64,000 nucleotides of DNA. Origin: Spirochaetales bacterium. Lineage in GTDB: Bacteria > Spirochaetota > Spirochaetia > Sphaerochaetales > Sphaerochaetaceae. Shown piece by piece: positions 43,765-53,017 of the stretch; position 1 is the first letter of the stretch; each line of letters opens with the position of its first letter. A program made the position numbers and the translations under genes. The DNA lies in contig JAQYHB010000019.1 of the NCBI GenBank assembly GCA_028722305.1, positions 21,421-85,420 of the forward strand, written 5' to 3'. The notes under the pieces were generated by a model, which made no database searches, had not been told where the DNA came from, and saw only the letters and a list, made by a program, of their open reading frames with translations.

Positions 43765-43836
43765 GCGGGCGTAGCTCAGTGGGAGAGCACTGCTTTCACA
43801 CGGCAGGGGTCGGTGGTCCAATCCCACCCGCCCGTA
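43765..43836 (+). tRNA. tRNA-Val (anticodon CAC), CCA not encoded
   Basis: Cloverleaf folded by hand. Acceptor GCGGGCG/CGCCCGT, D-arm GCTC-AGTGGGA-GAGC, anticodon arm CTGCT-TTCACAC-GGCAG. Variable loop GGGTC, T-arm GGTGG-TCCAATC-CCACC. G1-U72 wobble and C at position 55. Confidence 0.8.
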
Positions 43837-43843
43837 TCGGACA

Positions 43844-43875
43844 GGCCTTGTACCTTCGGGTGCAAGGTCTTTTTC
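43844..43875 (+). terminator. Rho-independent terminator after the tRNA
   Basis: Stem CCTTGTACC/GGTGCAAGG with a TTCG tetraloop, followed by TCTTTTT. Confidence 0.8.
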
Positions 43876-44049
43876 TTGGAGAAATCCCTATCTATTCTCG
43901 ATGGCATCTCCCTTACATCCCATGAAAGGCATCGAGAAAGCCGTTACGAGTCCACATACGCTTGTCCTATAAAGGGAATGCAGATTACCACGCGAATAAA
44001 ATGCCGTTATAGGAATATAATTTTTTATTTTATCATTGCAAGACTCAAC

Positions 44050-44077
44050 AAAAAAGCCGGCAGATATACCACCGGCT
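44050..44077 (-). terminator. Rho-independent terminator of the parA-RHH operon
   Basis: The minus strand reads GCCGG-TGGTATATCTG-CCGGC followed by TTTTTT, 23 nt after the stop at 44100. Confidence 0.7.
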
Positions 44078-44099
44078 CATACGTTCCTCCGAAAGGAAC

Positions 44100-44402
44100 T
44101 CAATACTGGTTTTGTTTCAGATACGCAAGCAGGGCGTTCTCCACCAATTGGTTGAAGCTGATGCCCATATCCTCGGCACAGGCATGGCTACGTTCCAAGA
44201 TGGAGGGTTTGACAAGCAGGTAGGCACGCTTGGTCTTGTTTTCCTGGCGCTGGACGCGACGATGGGAGACTGGCGCTGGCGTGGGAGCGGGTACCGTTTC
44301 CTTGACGGGTTCCTCGTTTGCTTGCGAACCATGGATCAGTTGCTCGAACATGCTGTTCTGGGTGATGCTGCTGGAAAACTCTTTCTTTACCGATTTGCTC
44401 AT
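44100..44402 (-). CDS. small ParG/omega-like ribbon-helix-helix partner of ParA
   Basis: ATGA overlap with the parA stop. 100 aa with an unstructured basic/Pro-rich N-half. The C-terminal KRAYLLVKPSILERSHACAEDMGISFNQLVENALLAYLK has a beta-alpha-alpha (RHH/CopG-like) pattern. Confidence 0.6.
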   Translation of the reverse strand: MSKSVKKEFSSSITQNSMFEQLIHGSQANEEPVKETVPAPTPAPVSHRRVQRQENKTKRAYLLVKPSILERSHACAEDMGISFNQLVENALLAYLKQNQY

Positions 44403-45166
44403 TTCTTTTTCTTCTCCTCTACCATGGACAGGAACTCCGTGCCGAAGGCCTGATAGTCTTGTGTTGCGTTGCTGCGTTTGTTGTAACTGAAGATATCGGT
44501 TCCCTTGGTCTGCGCTTCGGAAATAGCGACGCATTCGCGGATACGAGCCTCGAACAGGTGGGTGTCTCTCGCCTCGGCGACCTGGCCGAGCGTCTGTGCG
44601 ACAGTACGGCGAAGGATGGACCGGTTGGTGTATCGGGTAATCAAGATACCGAGCACCTTGAGATTCGGGTTGCTGTACTTGCGGACCACATCAATTGTCT
44701 GGTACAGCTGCGCCACTCCTTCCAGACTGTACCGGTCCGCCTGCGCGGGAATCACAAGGCTGTCGCTTGCAGTCAGCGCGTTCATCGTCAGCACGCCAAG
44801 CGAAGGAGGGGTATCGATCAGAATGAAATCGTAACCCTCCCGCAATGTCTCCAAAGCCTCTTTCAAATGATAGGCTCTGGCAAAGTCGACAAAATGGGTA
44901 TCGGCGATGGCGAGATTTCCCGTCGAAGGAATGACGTCGCCCCACTGGGTATGGACGACAGCATCCCCGGCGAGTTCCTTGTGATCCATGATATCCAACA
45001 CGGTCGGACCACTTTCCTGGATACCGACCGTATGGGTCAGGTTGCACTGGGAATCCAGGTCGACAAACAGAACCTTGCGGCCCTTGTCATGGAGAAACGC
45101 TCCAAGCGCAAGGGTCGTGGTGGTTTTCGCGACACCCCCCTTCTGATTCACTATGGAAATGACCAT
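44399..45166 (-). CDS. parA: ParA/Soj-family partition ATPase (deviant Walker A)
   Basis: MVISIVNQKGGVAKTTT and DLDSQCN motifs, 255 aa. Confidence 0.9.
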   Translation of the reverse strand: MVISIVNQKGGVAKTTTTLALGAFLHDKGRKVLFVDLDSQCNLTHTVGIQESGPTVLDIMDHKELAGDAVVHTQWGDVIPSTGNLAIADTHFVDFARAYHLKEALETLREGYDFILIDTPPSLGVLTMNALTASDSLVIPAQADRYSLEGVAQLYQTIDVVRKYSNPNLKVLGILITRYTNRSILRRTVAQTLGQVAEARDTHLFEARIRECVAISEAQTKGTDIFSYNKRSNATQDYQAFGTEFLSMVEEKKKK

Positions 45167-45177
45167 AATCTCCTCCG

Positions 45178-45266
45178 TCAGCGTATACGTATAAGTAGTT
45201 TCACGAGGGTAAACCTCATTCAGCAGGGTTGGTTACAGATTTTCCATGGATACGTATACGCATCAG
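45178..45266. promoter_or_regulatory. inverted pair of GCGTATACGTAT motifs in the parA promoter/5' UTR
   Basis: GCGTATACGTATAAG (45181-45195, just upstream of the parA SD GGAGGAG) and GATACGTATACGCATC (45249-45264). Same motif family as the 7.2-8.0 kb arrays. Confidence 0.55.
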
Positions 45267-45561
45267 CAGCAGTACCGGTAGACATAACCGCATGTGAGGA
45301 AAAGAATCAAAAGAAATGGATGTCTTTTTAACAACGCCTTCGATTCTCCGCATCGGAGATTGATTTCTCTTCCAAATCCGATTTCCAGGGACACCTGTCG
45401 TCAGGGAGCCACCCAATTGCATCATTGGGGTTATCCTTCTCTCTTTTCCCGCACCAAATCCATCCTCAATGTCGGCTCTCAAAGGCCCTGCCATCCATTT
45501 CGCTGGCCGATTTTCTTTTTTCAGGCTGTATGGCGGGCGTTTTTGTGGTACTATGGCATCC

Positions 45562-45834
45562 ATGCAAAAGGCAATCATTTCCGTAGTCGGCAAGGACCGT
45601 ACCGGCATTATCGCCGGTGTGTGCACCTACCTGGCCTCAGTCAACGTGAATATCGAGGATATCAGCCAGACCATCATCCAAGGCTACTTCACCATGATGA
45701 TGGTGTGCGAGATGGACGGAGCGACCAAAGAGTTCCATCAGATCAGCAAGGATCTGGAGGATGTGGGCAAGCGACTTGGCGTGCAGGTCAAGCTGCAACG
45801 TGAAGAAATCTTCGAGAAAATGCAACGCATATGA
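45562..45834 (+). CDS. ACT-domain protein (UPF0237 family)
   Basis: 90 aa; [34 protein letters not shown] is an ACT fold signature. ATGA overlap with the downstream UPF0210 gene. Confidence 0.85.
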   Translation: MQKAIISVVGKDRTGIIAGVCTYLASVNVNIEDISQTIIQGYFTMMMVCEMDGATKEFHQISKDLEDVGKRLGVQVKLQREEIFEKMQRI

Positions 45835-47195
45835 TCAACCTGAACGAAGTCAAGGCAACCAACGAGATGTTCGAGCAGGAACATCTGGACGTGAGGACCA
45901 TCACGCTCGGCATCAGCCTGTTCGACTGCGTCTCCGACAATCTCGAAACCCTGAAGAGGAACATCTACCACAAGATCACCACGGTGGCGAAGGACCTGGT
46001 CAAGGTTGGACAGGAAATCGAGAACGATTACGCCATCCCCATCGTCAACAAGCGCATCAGCGTCACGCCGATCAGCCTTGTCGGCGCTTCGGCCTGCAAG
46101 AAAAGCGAGGACTACGTAGCCCTCGCGAAGGCGCTTGACGACGCGGCCAATTTCTGCGGGGTCAATTTCATCGGCGGTTTCACCGCCATCCCAGCCAAAG
46201 GGATGAGCACCTGCGACTATCTTCTGCTCCATGCCATCCCCCAAGCCTTGGCCGAAACCGAACACCTCTGCTCCTCGGTCAATCTCGGGTCCACCCGCAC
46301 CGGCATCAACATGGACGCGGTCGGGCTGATGGGACGGGTCATCAAGGAAACCGCCATGGCCACCAAAGAACGCGACAGCCTTGGGTGCGCGAAACTGGTC
46401 GCCCTTTGCAACGCTCCTGACGACAACCCGTTCATGGCAGGCGCCTTCCATGGCACCACCGAGGGAGATGTGGTCATCAACGTCGGCGTCTCCGGACCAG
46501 GAGTCGTCAACGAGGCCCTGCAGTCCGTCAAGGGAGCCGACTTCACCACCTTGTGCGAGACGATCAAGCGGACCGCATTCAAAGTGACACGCCTAGGACA
46601 GCTTGTCGCCCAAGAGGCAAGCAAACGCCTGGGCATCCCCTTCGGCATCGTCGACCTTTCCCTCGCCCCCACCCCGGCTGTCGGTGACTCCATCGCCGAA
46701 ATCCTGGAGAGCATGGGCCTCGAGGAAGTGGGATGTCCCGGCACGACCGCAGCCCTCGCCCTGTTGAACGACCAGGTGAAGAAAGGCGGCATCATGGCAT
46801 CTTCTTCCGTTGGAGGGCTTTCCGGGGCCTTCATTCCGGTCAGCGAGGACGCCGGCATGATCCGCGCCGCGACAAGCGGGGGATTGCGTATCGAGAAACT
46901 CGAGGCGATGACCTGCGTCTGCAGCGTCGGTCTGGATATGGTCTGCATTCCGGGAGACACCAGCGCCGCCACCATCAGCGGCATCATCGCCGACGAGGCG
47001 GCCATTGGCATGATCAACCAGAAGACGACCGCCGTGCGCGTCATTCCCGTCATCGGCAAGGGTGTCGGCGAAATCGCGCATTTCGGCGGCTTGCTTGGAG
47101 AGGGGCCGATCATGCCGGTCAACACGAAGAGCTGCGAGGCGTTTATCAGGCGAGGTGGCCGCATACCCGCGCCGGTTCACTCATTCAAGAACTGA
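45831..47195 (+). CDS. UPF0210/DUF711 (PFL-like) family protein
   Basis: 454 aa starting [25 protein letters not shown], typical of UPF0210. It has the conserved pairing with the ACT protein. Confidence 0.88.
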   Translation: MINLNEVKATNEMFEQEHLDVRTITLGISLFDCVSDNLETLKRNIYHKITTVAKDLVKVGQEIENDYAIPIVNKRISVTPISLVGASACKKSEDYVALAKALDDAANFCGVNFIGGFTAIPAKGMSTCDYLLLHAIPQALAETEHLCSSVNLGSTRTGINMDAVGLMGRVIKETAMATKERDSLGCAKLVALCNAPDDNPFMAGAFHGTTEGDVVINVGVSGPGVVNEALQSVKGADFTTLCETIKRTAFKVTRLGQLVAQEASKRLGIPFGIVDLSLAPTPAVGDSIAEILESMGLEEVGCPGTTAALALLNDQVKKGGIMASSSVGGLSGAFIPVSEDAGMIRAATSGGLRIEKLEAMTCVCSVGLDMVCIPGDTSAATISGIIADEAAIGMINQKTTAVRVIPVIGKGVGEIAHFGGLLGEGPIMPVNTKSCEAFIRRGGRIPAPVHSFKN

Positions 47196-47202
47196 GGGGC
47201 CT

Positions 47203-48360
47203 ATGCTGTTTCCCCTGCTGCTTGCGACCACTGGCCTGACGGGATTGACCCAGAACCTGTATGGGACCATTTCCACCAACATCCAGACAGCCACCGGCAT
47301 TTCCGCCGAAGGCATCGGCTACGTGATGAGTCTCGGCCAGGCCGCGACGGTCCTGGCCGTCTTCGCGTACCCCACGCTCGTCCGGAGGACCGGCCCCTAC
47401 CGGGCCCTGATTCTTGGGTGCCTAGGCTATGCTCTGGGTTTCTTCCTGATTGGTTGCGCCCGCAGCGTCGCCCTCTTTGCCGCCGCCTACACCCTCTGGG
47501 CGATCATCCAGTATCCGCTCGCGGGCAGCAAGTTCGCTTTGATGACCCACTACGACCCGGCGAAAAAGAGCCCGCACCTGGCGGAAATGCACCTGTGCTA
47601 CAGCATCGTCTCCATCTTCAATGGATTCTATGTCGCCTTCTGCAAGAAACATGCCTGGTATCTCGCCTTCTGGCAGACCGGCCTGCTCTTCGCCCTGCTT
47701 GGCGTAGGCTTCATCCTAGCCAGGAAGGAAGCGGAAAAGATTCCGGCGATGATTCACCACGACACCCACGGGGAAAGCGGATTGCAGGACGGATTCTCGC
47801 TACTTGCCGATCCCGCCTACCTCTGCTACTTTCCCTTTATCGCCACTGCAGCCACCGCCGAAGGGCTTTCGATGGTCTATCCGCTGATGTTCATCGAGCA
47901 GAATCTCAAAGCAAGCGCAGACCAGGTAGGTCTTGTAGTCACCCTCTTCTTCACCGGAATGACCATCAGCCGCATCCTTGTGGTGTGCTTTTTCTCCCGC
48001 GCGAAACACCCCGGAGCCTTCCTGTCCGGTTTCGCGACGATAGCCACGATCTGTCTGGCAAGGCTTTCCTTCTCCACCCTTTCCGAAGCGATGGTGCTGA
48101 TGCCGGTCATGGGCTTCGCCATGGGCGCCATCAATCCGCTCTGCCATGTTTTCAGTTCGACGCTGTGGAACGAGCGTATCGACCAGGCGATGAACATGCA
48201 GAGTTTCGGGGAGACCGCGGGAAAAATCGTCGTCCCGCTGTTGGTCGGCCTAGCTTGGAAAACCAACGGAGGCGCCTTTGCCGTCCAGGCGATGGGGATG
48301 CTGGTTGCCTTGGGCATTGTCTGCTTCATGGCGAGCCTCGTTCTGTTGTCGAAGCGCTGA
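47203..48360 (+). CDS. MFS-type transporter
   Basis: 385 aa with about 12 hydrophobic segments. ATG 47203 lies 8 nt after the UPF0210 stop. Confidence 0.75.
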   Translation: MLFPLLLATTGLTGLTQNLYGTISTNIQTATGISAEGIGYVMSLGQAATVLAVFAYPTLVRRTGPYRALILGCLGYALGFFLIGCARSVALFAAAYTLWAIIQYPLAGSKFALMTHYDPAKKSPHLAEMHLCYSIVSIFNGFYVAFCKKHAWYLAFWQTGLLFALLGVGFILARKEAEKIPAMIHHDTHGESGLQDGFSLLADPAYLCYFPFIATAATAEGLSMVYPLMFIEQNLKASADQVGLVVTLFFTGMTISRILVVCFFSRAKHPGAFLSGFATIATICLARLSFSTLSEAMVLMPVMGFAMGAINPLCHVFSSTLWNERIDQAMNMQSFGETAGKIVVPLLVGLAWKTNGGAFAVQAMGMLVALGIVCFMASLVLLSKR

Positions 48361-48393
48361 TATTTTCCTATACTTTCGCGCAGAGGAACACCA

Positions 48394-49449
48394 ATGCTTG
48401 AGAAGCTGGACGCATTCAAAACCCAATTGCATGAACTGGACGTAAAATTGGCGGATCCCGATGTGGTCGCGGACCGGGCCCAGTACCGGACATTGATGCA
48501 GCAGCGCGGCCATTTGGGCCCCATCGTCGACAAATTGGCAGAACTCAAGGCGCTGGATGACGAGTTGCGGGAGACTGAAGCCCTCCTCCAGGATCCGGAA
48601 ATGGCGGAGATGGCCAAGGAAGAGATTGATCCGTTGAAGGAAGAAATCGCCAAGGTCGAGGATGAGGCGAAAGTCCTGCTGATTCCCCCCGATCCGCTTG
48701 AAGGCAAGAACATCATCATGGAGATCCGCGCCGGCACCGGAGGGGACGAGGCAGCGCTTTTCGCCGCGGACCTCTTCGGCATGTACAGCCGCTATGCCGA
48801 GCAGCGCCATTGGAAGATGGAGATCATGAGCCAGAACCAGATCAACCTGGGAGGATACAAGGAAATCATCGTCTCGATCAGCGGCAAGGATGTCTACGGG
48901 TCGCTCCGCTGGGAAAGCGGTGTCCATCGCGTCCAGCGCGTGCCTGTCACCGAAAGCGGAGGTCGCATCCACACCTCGGCCGCCAGTGTCGCCGTGCTCC
49001 CCGAGGCGGAAGAGACCGACATCCAGATCCGTGACGAGGATATCCGTATCGACGTCATGCGCGCAGGCGGTCACGGAGGCCAGTGCGTCAACACGACCGA
49101 CAGCGCCGTCCGCATCACCCATATCCCCACCGGACTCGTCGTCATCCAGCAGGATGAGAAGAGCCAGCTGAAGAACAAGAACAAGGCGATGAGGGTGTTG
49201 CGCGCGAGGTTGTTCGACCTGGAAGAGTCGAAAAAGAACGCCCAACGCGCCGCTGAGCGCAAGAGCATGGTTGGCTCGGGAGACCGTTCGGAGCGCATCC
49301 GCACCTACAACTTCCCGCAGAACCGCCTGACCGACCACCGTATCGGCCTGACCCTCTACAAACTCGACCAAATTATCGCTGGAGACCTCGACCAGGTAAT
49401 CGTGCCCCTGAAAATCGCGGCAGGCGAAAAGGCCCTCGAATCCCTATGA
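48394..49449 (+). CDS. prfA: peptide chain release factor 1
   Basis: GGQ motif ([21 protein letters not shown]) and a PxT-type region ([17 protein letters not shown]). Confidence 0.97.
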   Translation: MLEKLDAFKTQLHELDVKLADPDVVADRAQYRTLMQQRGHLGPIVDKLAELKALDDELRETEALLQDPEMAEMAKEEIDPLKEEIAKVEDEAKVLLIPPDPLEGKNIIMEIRAGTGGDEAALFAADLFGMYSRYAEQRHWKMEIMSQNQINLGGYKEIIVSISGKDVYGSLRWESGVHRVQRVPVTESGGRIHTSAASVAVLPEAEETDIQIRDEDIRIDVMRAGGHGGQCVNTTDSAVRITHIPTGLVVIQQDEKSQLKNKNKAMRVLRARLFDLEESKKNAQRAAERKSMVGSGDRSERIRTYNFPQNRLTDHRIGLTLYKLDQIIAGDLDQVIVPLKIAAGEKALESL

Positions 49450-50306
49450 CGCTCATAGAGCTCGAGCATGAGGCAAGGCGGCGTCTTTGGGAACAGGACG
49501 TCACCGACACCCCTGACCTCGAGGCAAGGCTCCTGATGCAAAAGGCGACCGGGCTGGACGAGGTCGGGCTGATCACCCACCGGTTCGATGCATTGGACGA
49601 TACGGCGCGGTACATGTTCGGGACGTTGCTCGGGCAGCGGCTTTCTGGTCGTCCGATGGCCTATATCCTTGGCCATCGGGGCTTCTATGACCTGGATTTC
49701 ACCGTGGACGAGCGGGTGCTTATCCCACAGCCGGACACCGAGACCCTGGTGGAGGACGTGCTGCGCACCACCAAGGCCGACCCGGATCTCGCGATCCTTG
49801 ACCTTTGTACCGGAAGCGGATGCATCGGCATCACCCTTGCCAAGCACCTGGGATGCCATGTCACCCTTTCCGACCTGAGCGAAGACGCGCTCAAGGTTGC
49901 CGGAATCAATGCCAAGCGGTGGCTGGACGAAGGACAATACACGTTGGTCCATAGCGACCTCTTCGAGCAGATTTCCGGCACCTTCGACCTGATTGTCTCC
50001 AATCCCCCTTACCTTACCAAGGAGTGGATCAAAGAGGCTTCCGAGGAGGTACGCAGGGAGCCGGTGATGGCGCTGGATGGCTTGGGGCGTGACGGGCTTG
50101 CCATCATCCGCCGTCTCGCAAGCCAAGTGAGGGCCCACCTTGCCCCTTCCGGGCGTGTCTGGATCGAATGCGATTACCGACAAGCCGCAACGGTGCGGAC
50201 CCTTCTACTTGCAAACGGCTGTTTGAGTGTGTACATTGAAAAAGATCTTGCCGGCAAAGATCGTGTCGTTGTGGGGGCGACAGACCATGTACGAGCAGCT
50301 GATTGA
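49446..50306 (+). CDS. prmC: release-factor glutamine N5-methyltransferase
   Basis: 4-nt overlap with prf[14 protein letters not shown] motif and the catalytic SNPPY. Confidence 0.9.
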   Translation: MTLIELEHEARRRLWEQDVTDTPDLEARLLMQKATGLDEVGLITHRFDALDDTARYMFGTLLGQRLSGRPMAYILGHRGFYDLDFTVDERVLIPQPDTETLVEDVLRTTKADPDLAILDLCTGSGCIGITLAKHLGCHVTLSDLSEDALKVAGINAKRWLDEGQYTLVHSDLFEQISGTFDLIVSNPPYLTKEWIKEASEEVRREPVMALDGLGRDGLAIIRRLASQVRAHLAPSGRVWIECDYRQAATVRTLLLANGCLSVYIEKDLAGKDRVVVGATDHVRAAD

Positions 50307-52329
50307 CCGTTTCATACACAAGACGTTCATGTATTCTCCCGACGACCAGAAAAAGATCCTGGCCGCGGCCAACTTTGCCAACGAGAAGCACGAGAACCAG
50401 AAACGTCGCAGCGGCGAACCCTACATCATCCATCCCTTGGCGGTCGGAGAGACGCTGATCAAGCTGAAAATGGACGCTGATACTGTCTGCGCGGGACTCC
50501 TCCACGATACCATCGAGGATACCGCGACCACCTTCAGCGAACTGGAAGAACTCTTCGGGAAACCGGTCGCCGAGATGGTCGAGGGGGTGACGAAGGTAAG
50601 CGCCCTCAAGACGATGAACAAGAGCGAGCAGGAAGCCGAGACAATCCGGAAGATGTTCTTCGCCATGAGCAGGGATGTCCGGGTCATCATCATCAAGCTC
50701 GCCGACAAGCTCCACAACATGCGCACGCTCCAGCACCTGAATCCGGAGCGGGCAAAGGAAATCGCCCAGGAATGCCTGGACGTCTATGCCCCCCTTGCCG
50801 ACCGTCTTGGCATTTCCTGGCTGAAGGACGAGCTTGAGGACCTTTCCATGAAGTTCCTCAAGCCGGAGATGTTCGACTACATCAACAGCTATCTGCGTGG
50901 CAAGAAAAGCGAGCAGACCGCCTTCCTGGCCAAAATCGAGAAGCATATCTACCGCGCCTGCAGCGAGGCCCAGATTTCCGACATCATCGTCACCAGCCGG
51001 GTCAAGCACGCCTACTCCATCTATCTGAAGATGACCAAGAGGGGCAAGGAGCTGAGCGAGATCTACGACATTCTCGGCGTCCGCATCCTCTGCGGATCGA
51101 TTCCCGAGTGCTACACCATCCTTGGTGTCGTCCACTCTCTCTGGGCGCCGGTGGAAGGCCGGTTCAAGGACTACATCGCCATGCCGAAGGCCAACAACTA
51201 CCAGAGCCTTCACACCACCGTCATGGCGTTTGGCGGACAGCTTCTGGAAATCCAGATCCGCACCAAGGAAATGAACTACATCGCCGAGTACGGCGTCGCC
51301 GCTCACTGGGCCTACAAGGCAGACAGCGGCAGTGGCGCCGGTGTCGACCACCACATGGACGACGCCCAGTTCAACCGCGTGCTCACCAAGCTGAAGAGCT
51401 GGTCGAAGGAAATCGAGCACAGCGAGACCTTCATGACCGACATCAAGGACGAAATCCTGAAGGACTCGATCTATGTCTTTACTCCACAGGGCCATATCGT
51501 CGAGCTTTCCGGCGGCGCGACCGCCTTGGATTTCGCCTACCAGATCCACACCGAAGTCGGCAACCATACCATCGGAGCCAAAGCCGACGGGCAGATCATC
51601 CCTCTGGACCAGCCTCTGAAGAACACCCAGGTCATCGAAATCCTGACCAGCCCGAGCGCACGACCGCACGTGCAGTGGTTGCGCTACGCCAAGACCACCA
51701 GCGCCAGACGCAAGATCAGGGCATGGCTGAACAAGTATGACGAGGACGTCCTGATCGACAACTCGATCATTGCCAAACGCAAGGCTGAGGACGAGCAACC
51801 GCAGCAACAGCAGCCCGTGCAGCACCAGCTTTCCTCCACACCCGACGCGGACGGCATCGTCCGCCATGTCGCGAACACCGAGGGACACGTGCTGAAGGTC
51901 GGCCAGGAAAAGAACATGATGATCCATATCGCCCAGTGCTGCCATCCGGTCCCGGGCGACCCGATTGTCGGCTATATCAGCCGTGGCCGTGGCATCATCG
52001 TCCACCGCCAGAATTGTCCCAACCTGCAAAACATGAGCGAGATTGACGACCGGAGAATCGAGGTCGAGTGGGAGATGGGCAATCCGAAGCTCCGCCGCAC
52101 CTTCAATGTGATCAGCAAGCGCACCGAGGACCTCTTCAGCGAGATCGAGGGTGCAGTCCGCAAGTACGGCGGCCATCTGACCAGCGGGAACCTGCACGAC
52201 GACGATATGGGCCGGCTGAACGGCACCTTCACCATCGAAGTGACCAGCGAGGACGCGATTGGAAAAATCCTCAAGGCGATGAAGACCATCCCTTCGATCA
52301 ACGCCATCTCGTCCACCGGAAGGCAGTAA
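50287..52329 (+). CDS. rel: Rel/SpoT-type bifunctional (p)ppGpp synthetase/hydrolase
   Basis: HD domain (HPLAV...LLHDTIEDT), synthetase domain (YRACS...DILGVRI...NYQSLHT), and TGS and ACT-like C-terminal domains. ATG 50287 overlaps the prmC end by 20 nt. Confidence 0.95.
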   Translation: MYEQLIDRFIHKTFMYSPDDQKKILAAANFANEKHENQKRRSGEPYIIHPLAVGETLIKLKMDADTVCAGLLHDTIEDTATTFSELEELFGKPVAEMVEGVTKVSALKTMNKSEQEAETIRKMFFAMSRDVRVIIIKLADKLHNMRTLQHLNPERAKEIAQECLDVYAPLADRLGISWLKDELEDLSMKFLKPEMFDYINSYLRGKKSEQTAFLAKIEKHIYRACSEAQISDIIVTSRVKHAYSIYLKMTKRGKELSEIYDILGVRILCGSIPECYTILGVVHSLWAPVEGRFKDYIAMPKANNYQSLHTTVMAFGGQLLEIQIRTKEMNYIAEYGVAAHWAYKADSGSGAGVDHHMDDAQFNRVLTKLKSWSKEIEHSETFMTDIKDEILKDSIYVFTPQGHIVELSGGATALDFAYQIHTEVGNHTIGAKADGQIIPLDQPLKNTQVIEILTSPSARPHVQWLRYAKTTSARRKIRAWLNKYDEDVLIDNSIIAKRKAEDEQPQQQQPVQHQLSSTPDADGIVRHVANTEGHVLKVGQEKNMMIHIAQCCHPVPGDPIVGYISRGRGIIVHRQNCPNLQNMSEIDDRRIEVEWEMGNPKLRRTFNVISKRTEDLFSEIEGAVRKYGGHLTSGNLHDDDMGRLNGTFTIEVTSEDAIGKILKAMKTIPSINAISSTGRQ

Positions 52330-52343
52330 GAAACCTCTTGTAA

Positions 52344-52384
52344 AATGAACGATGTTCATTATACTGATGATGAACACTGTTCAT
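52344..52384. promoter_or_regulatory. two tandem palindromic operators upstream of the TetR gene
   Basis: AATGAAC-GAT-GTTCATT (52344-52360) and ATGAAC-ACT-GTTCAT (52370-52384). Centres are 25 bp apart, and the second overlaps the ATG at 52383. Confidence 0.6.
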
Positions 52385-52943
52385 GGAGGTAATCATGGCA
52401 AAAATCACCAAGGACCTGATTGTCAAAGGCGCCCAGCAGATGATCGAGCAGGAGGGATACGACAACTTCTCTCTCAGGGAGCTTGCCTATAGGCTCGGAG
52501 TGCAACCATCAGCGCTCTACAACCACCTGAGGAATGTACGGGATTTGGAAGACGCCATCAGCCTGATCGCTCTTGAGGAGCTGGACAAGACGATCCAGGA
52601 GAGCATCCGGGACCTCCATGGCAAGGAGGCCCTGCTGATGACGGCCAAGGCAATCAGGTCCTTCGCCCAGGCGAGGCCCGAGCTCTTCCGCACCATCGAG
52701 CGTGGAGGAAAGCTGGAAAAGAGCGCCGCGCTTTTCGTCCATACCAAGGACCAGCTGGACCAGTTCAGCCTGACTGCCGAGGATGAGGACCGCTTCACCA
52801 ATGCCTTCCACGCCGCCATTTTCGGATTCCTGATGATGGAACGAAGGCATATGCTACTCCGCGGCGAGGAAGCGGATGAATCCTTCACCACGATGATCGC
52901 CCTTCTGCTCGCCAACCTGCGTCCTACCCGCCGGGTGAACTGA
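52383..52943 (+). CDS. TetR/AcrR-family transcriptional regulator
   Basis: N-terminal HTH FSLRELAYRLGVQPSALYNHL. Alternative start ATG 52395. Confidence 0.85.
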   Translation: MEVIMAKITKDLIVKGAQQMIEQEGYDNFSLRELAYRLGVQPSALYNHLRNVRDLEDAISLIALEELDKTIQESIRDLHGKEALLMTAKAIRSFAQARPELFRTIERGGKLEKSAALFVHTKDQLDQFSLTAEDEDRFTNAFHAAIFGFLMMERRHMLLRGEEADESFTTMIALLLANLRPTRRVN

Positions 52944-53017
52944 GATCCATCCGGGGAAACACAAAGAAACGGGCCCGCCCACTTGGACGAGCCCGTATTG
53001 TGCAGCCTTCCGTCCGC

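Noticed and set aside
50104-52377. 757-aa ORF antisense to the rel gene (longest alternative ORF in the window)
   Set aside because: It lies fully within a gene that has unambiguous HD, synthetase and TGS motifs. The antisense translation is repetitive and G/D/V/L/A-rich with no recognisable domain, so it is a shadow frame of GC-rich coding sequence.
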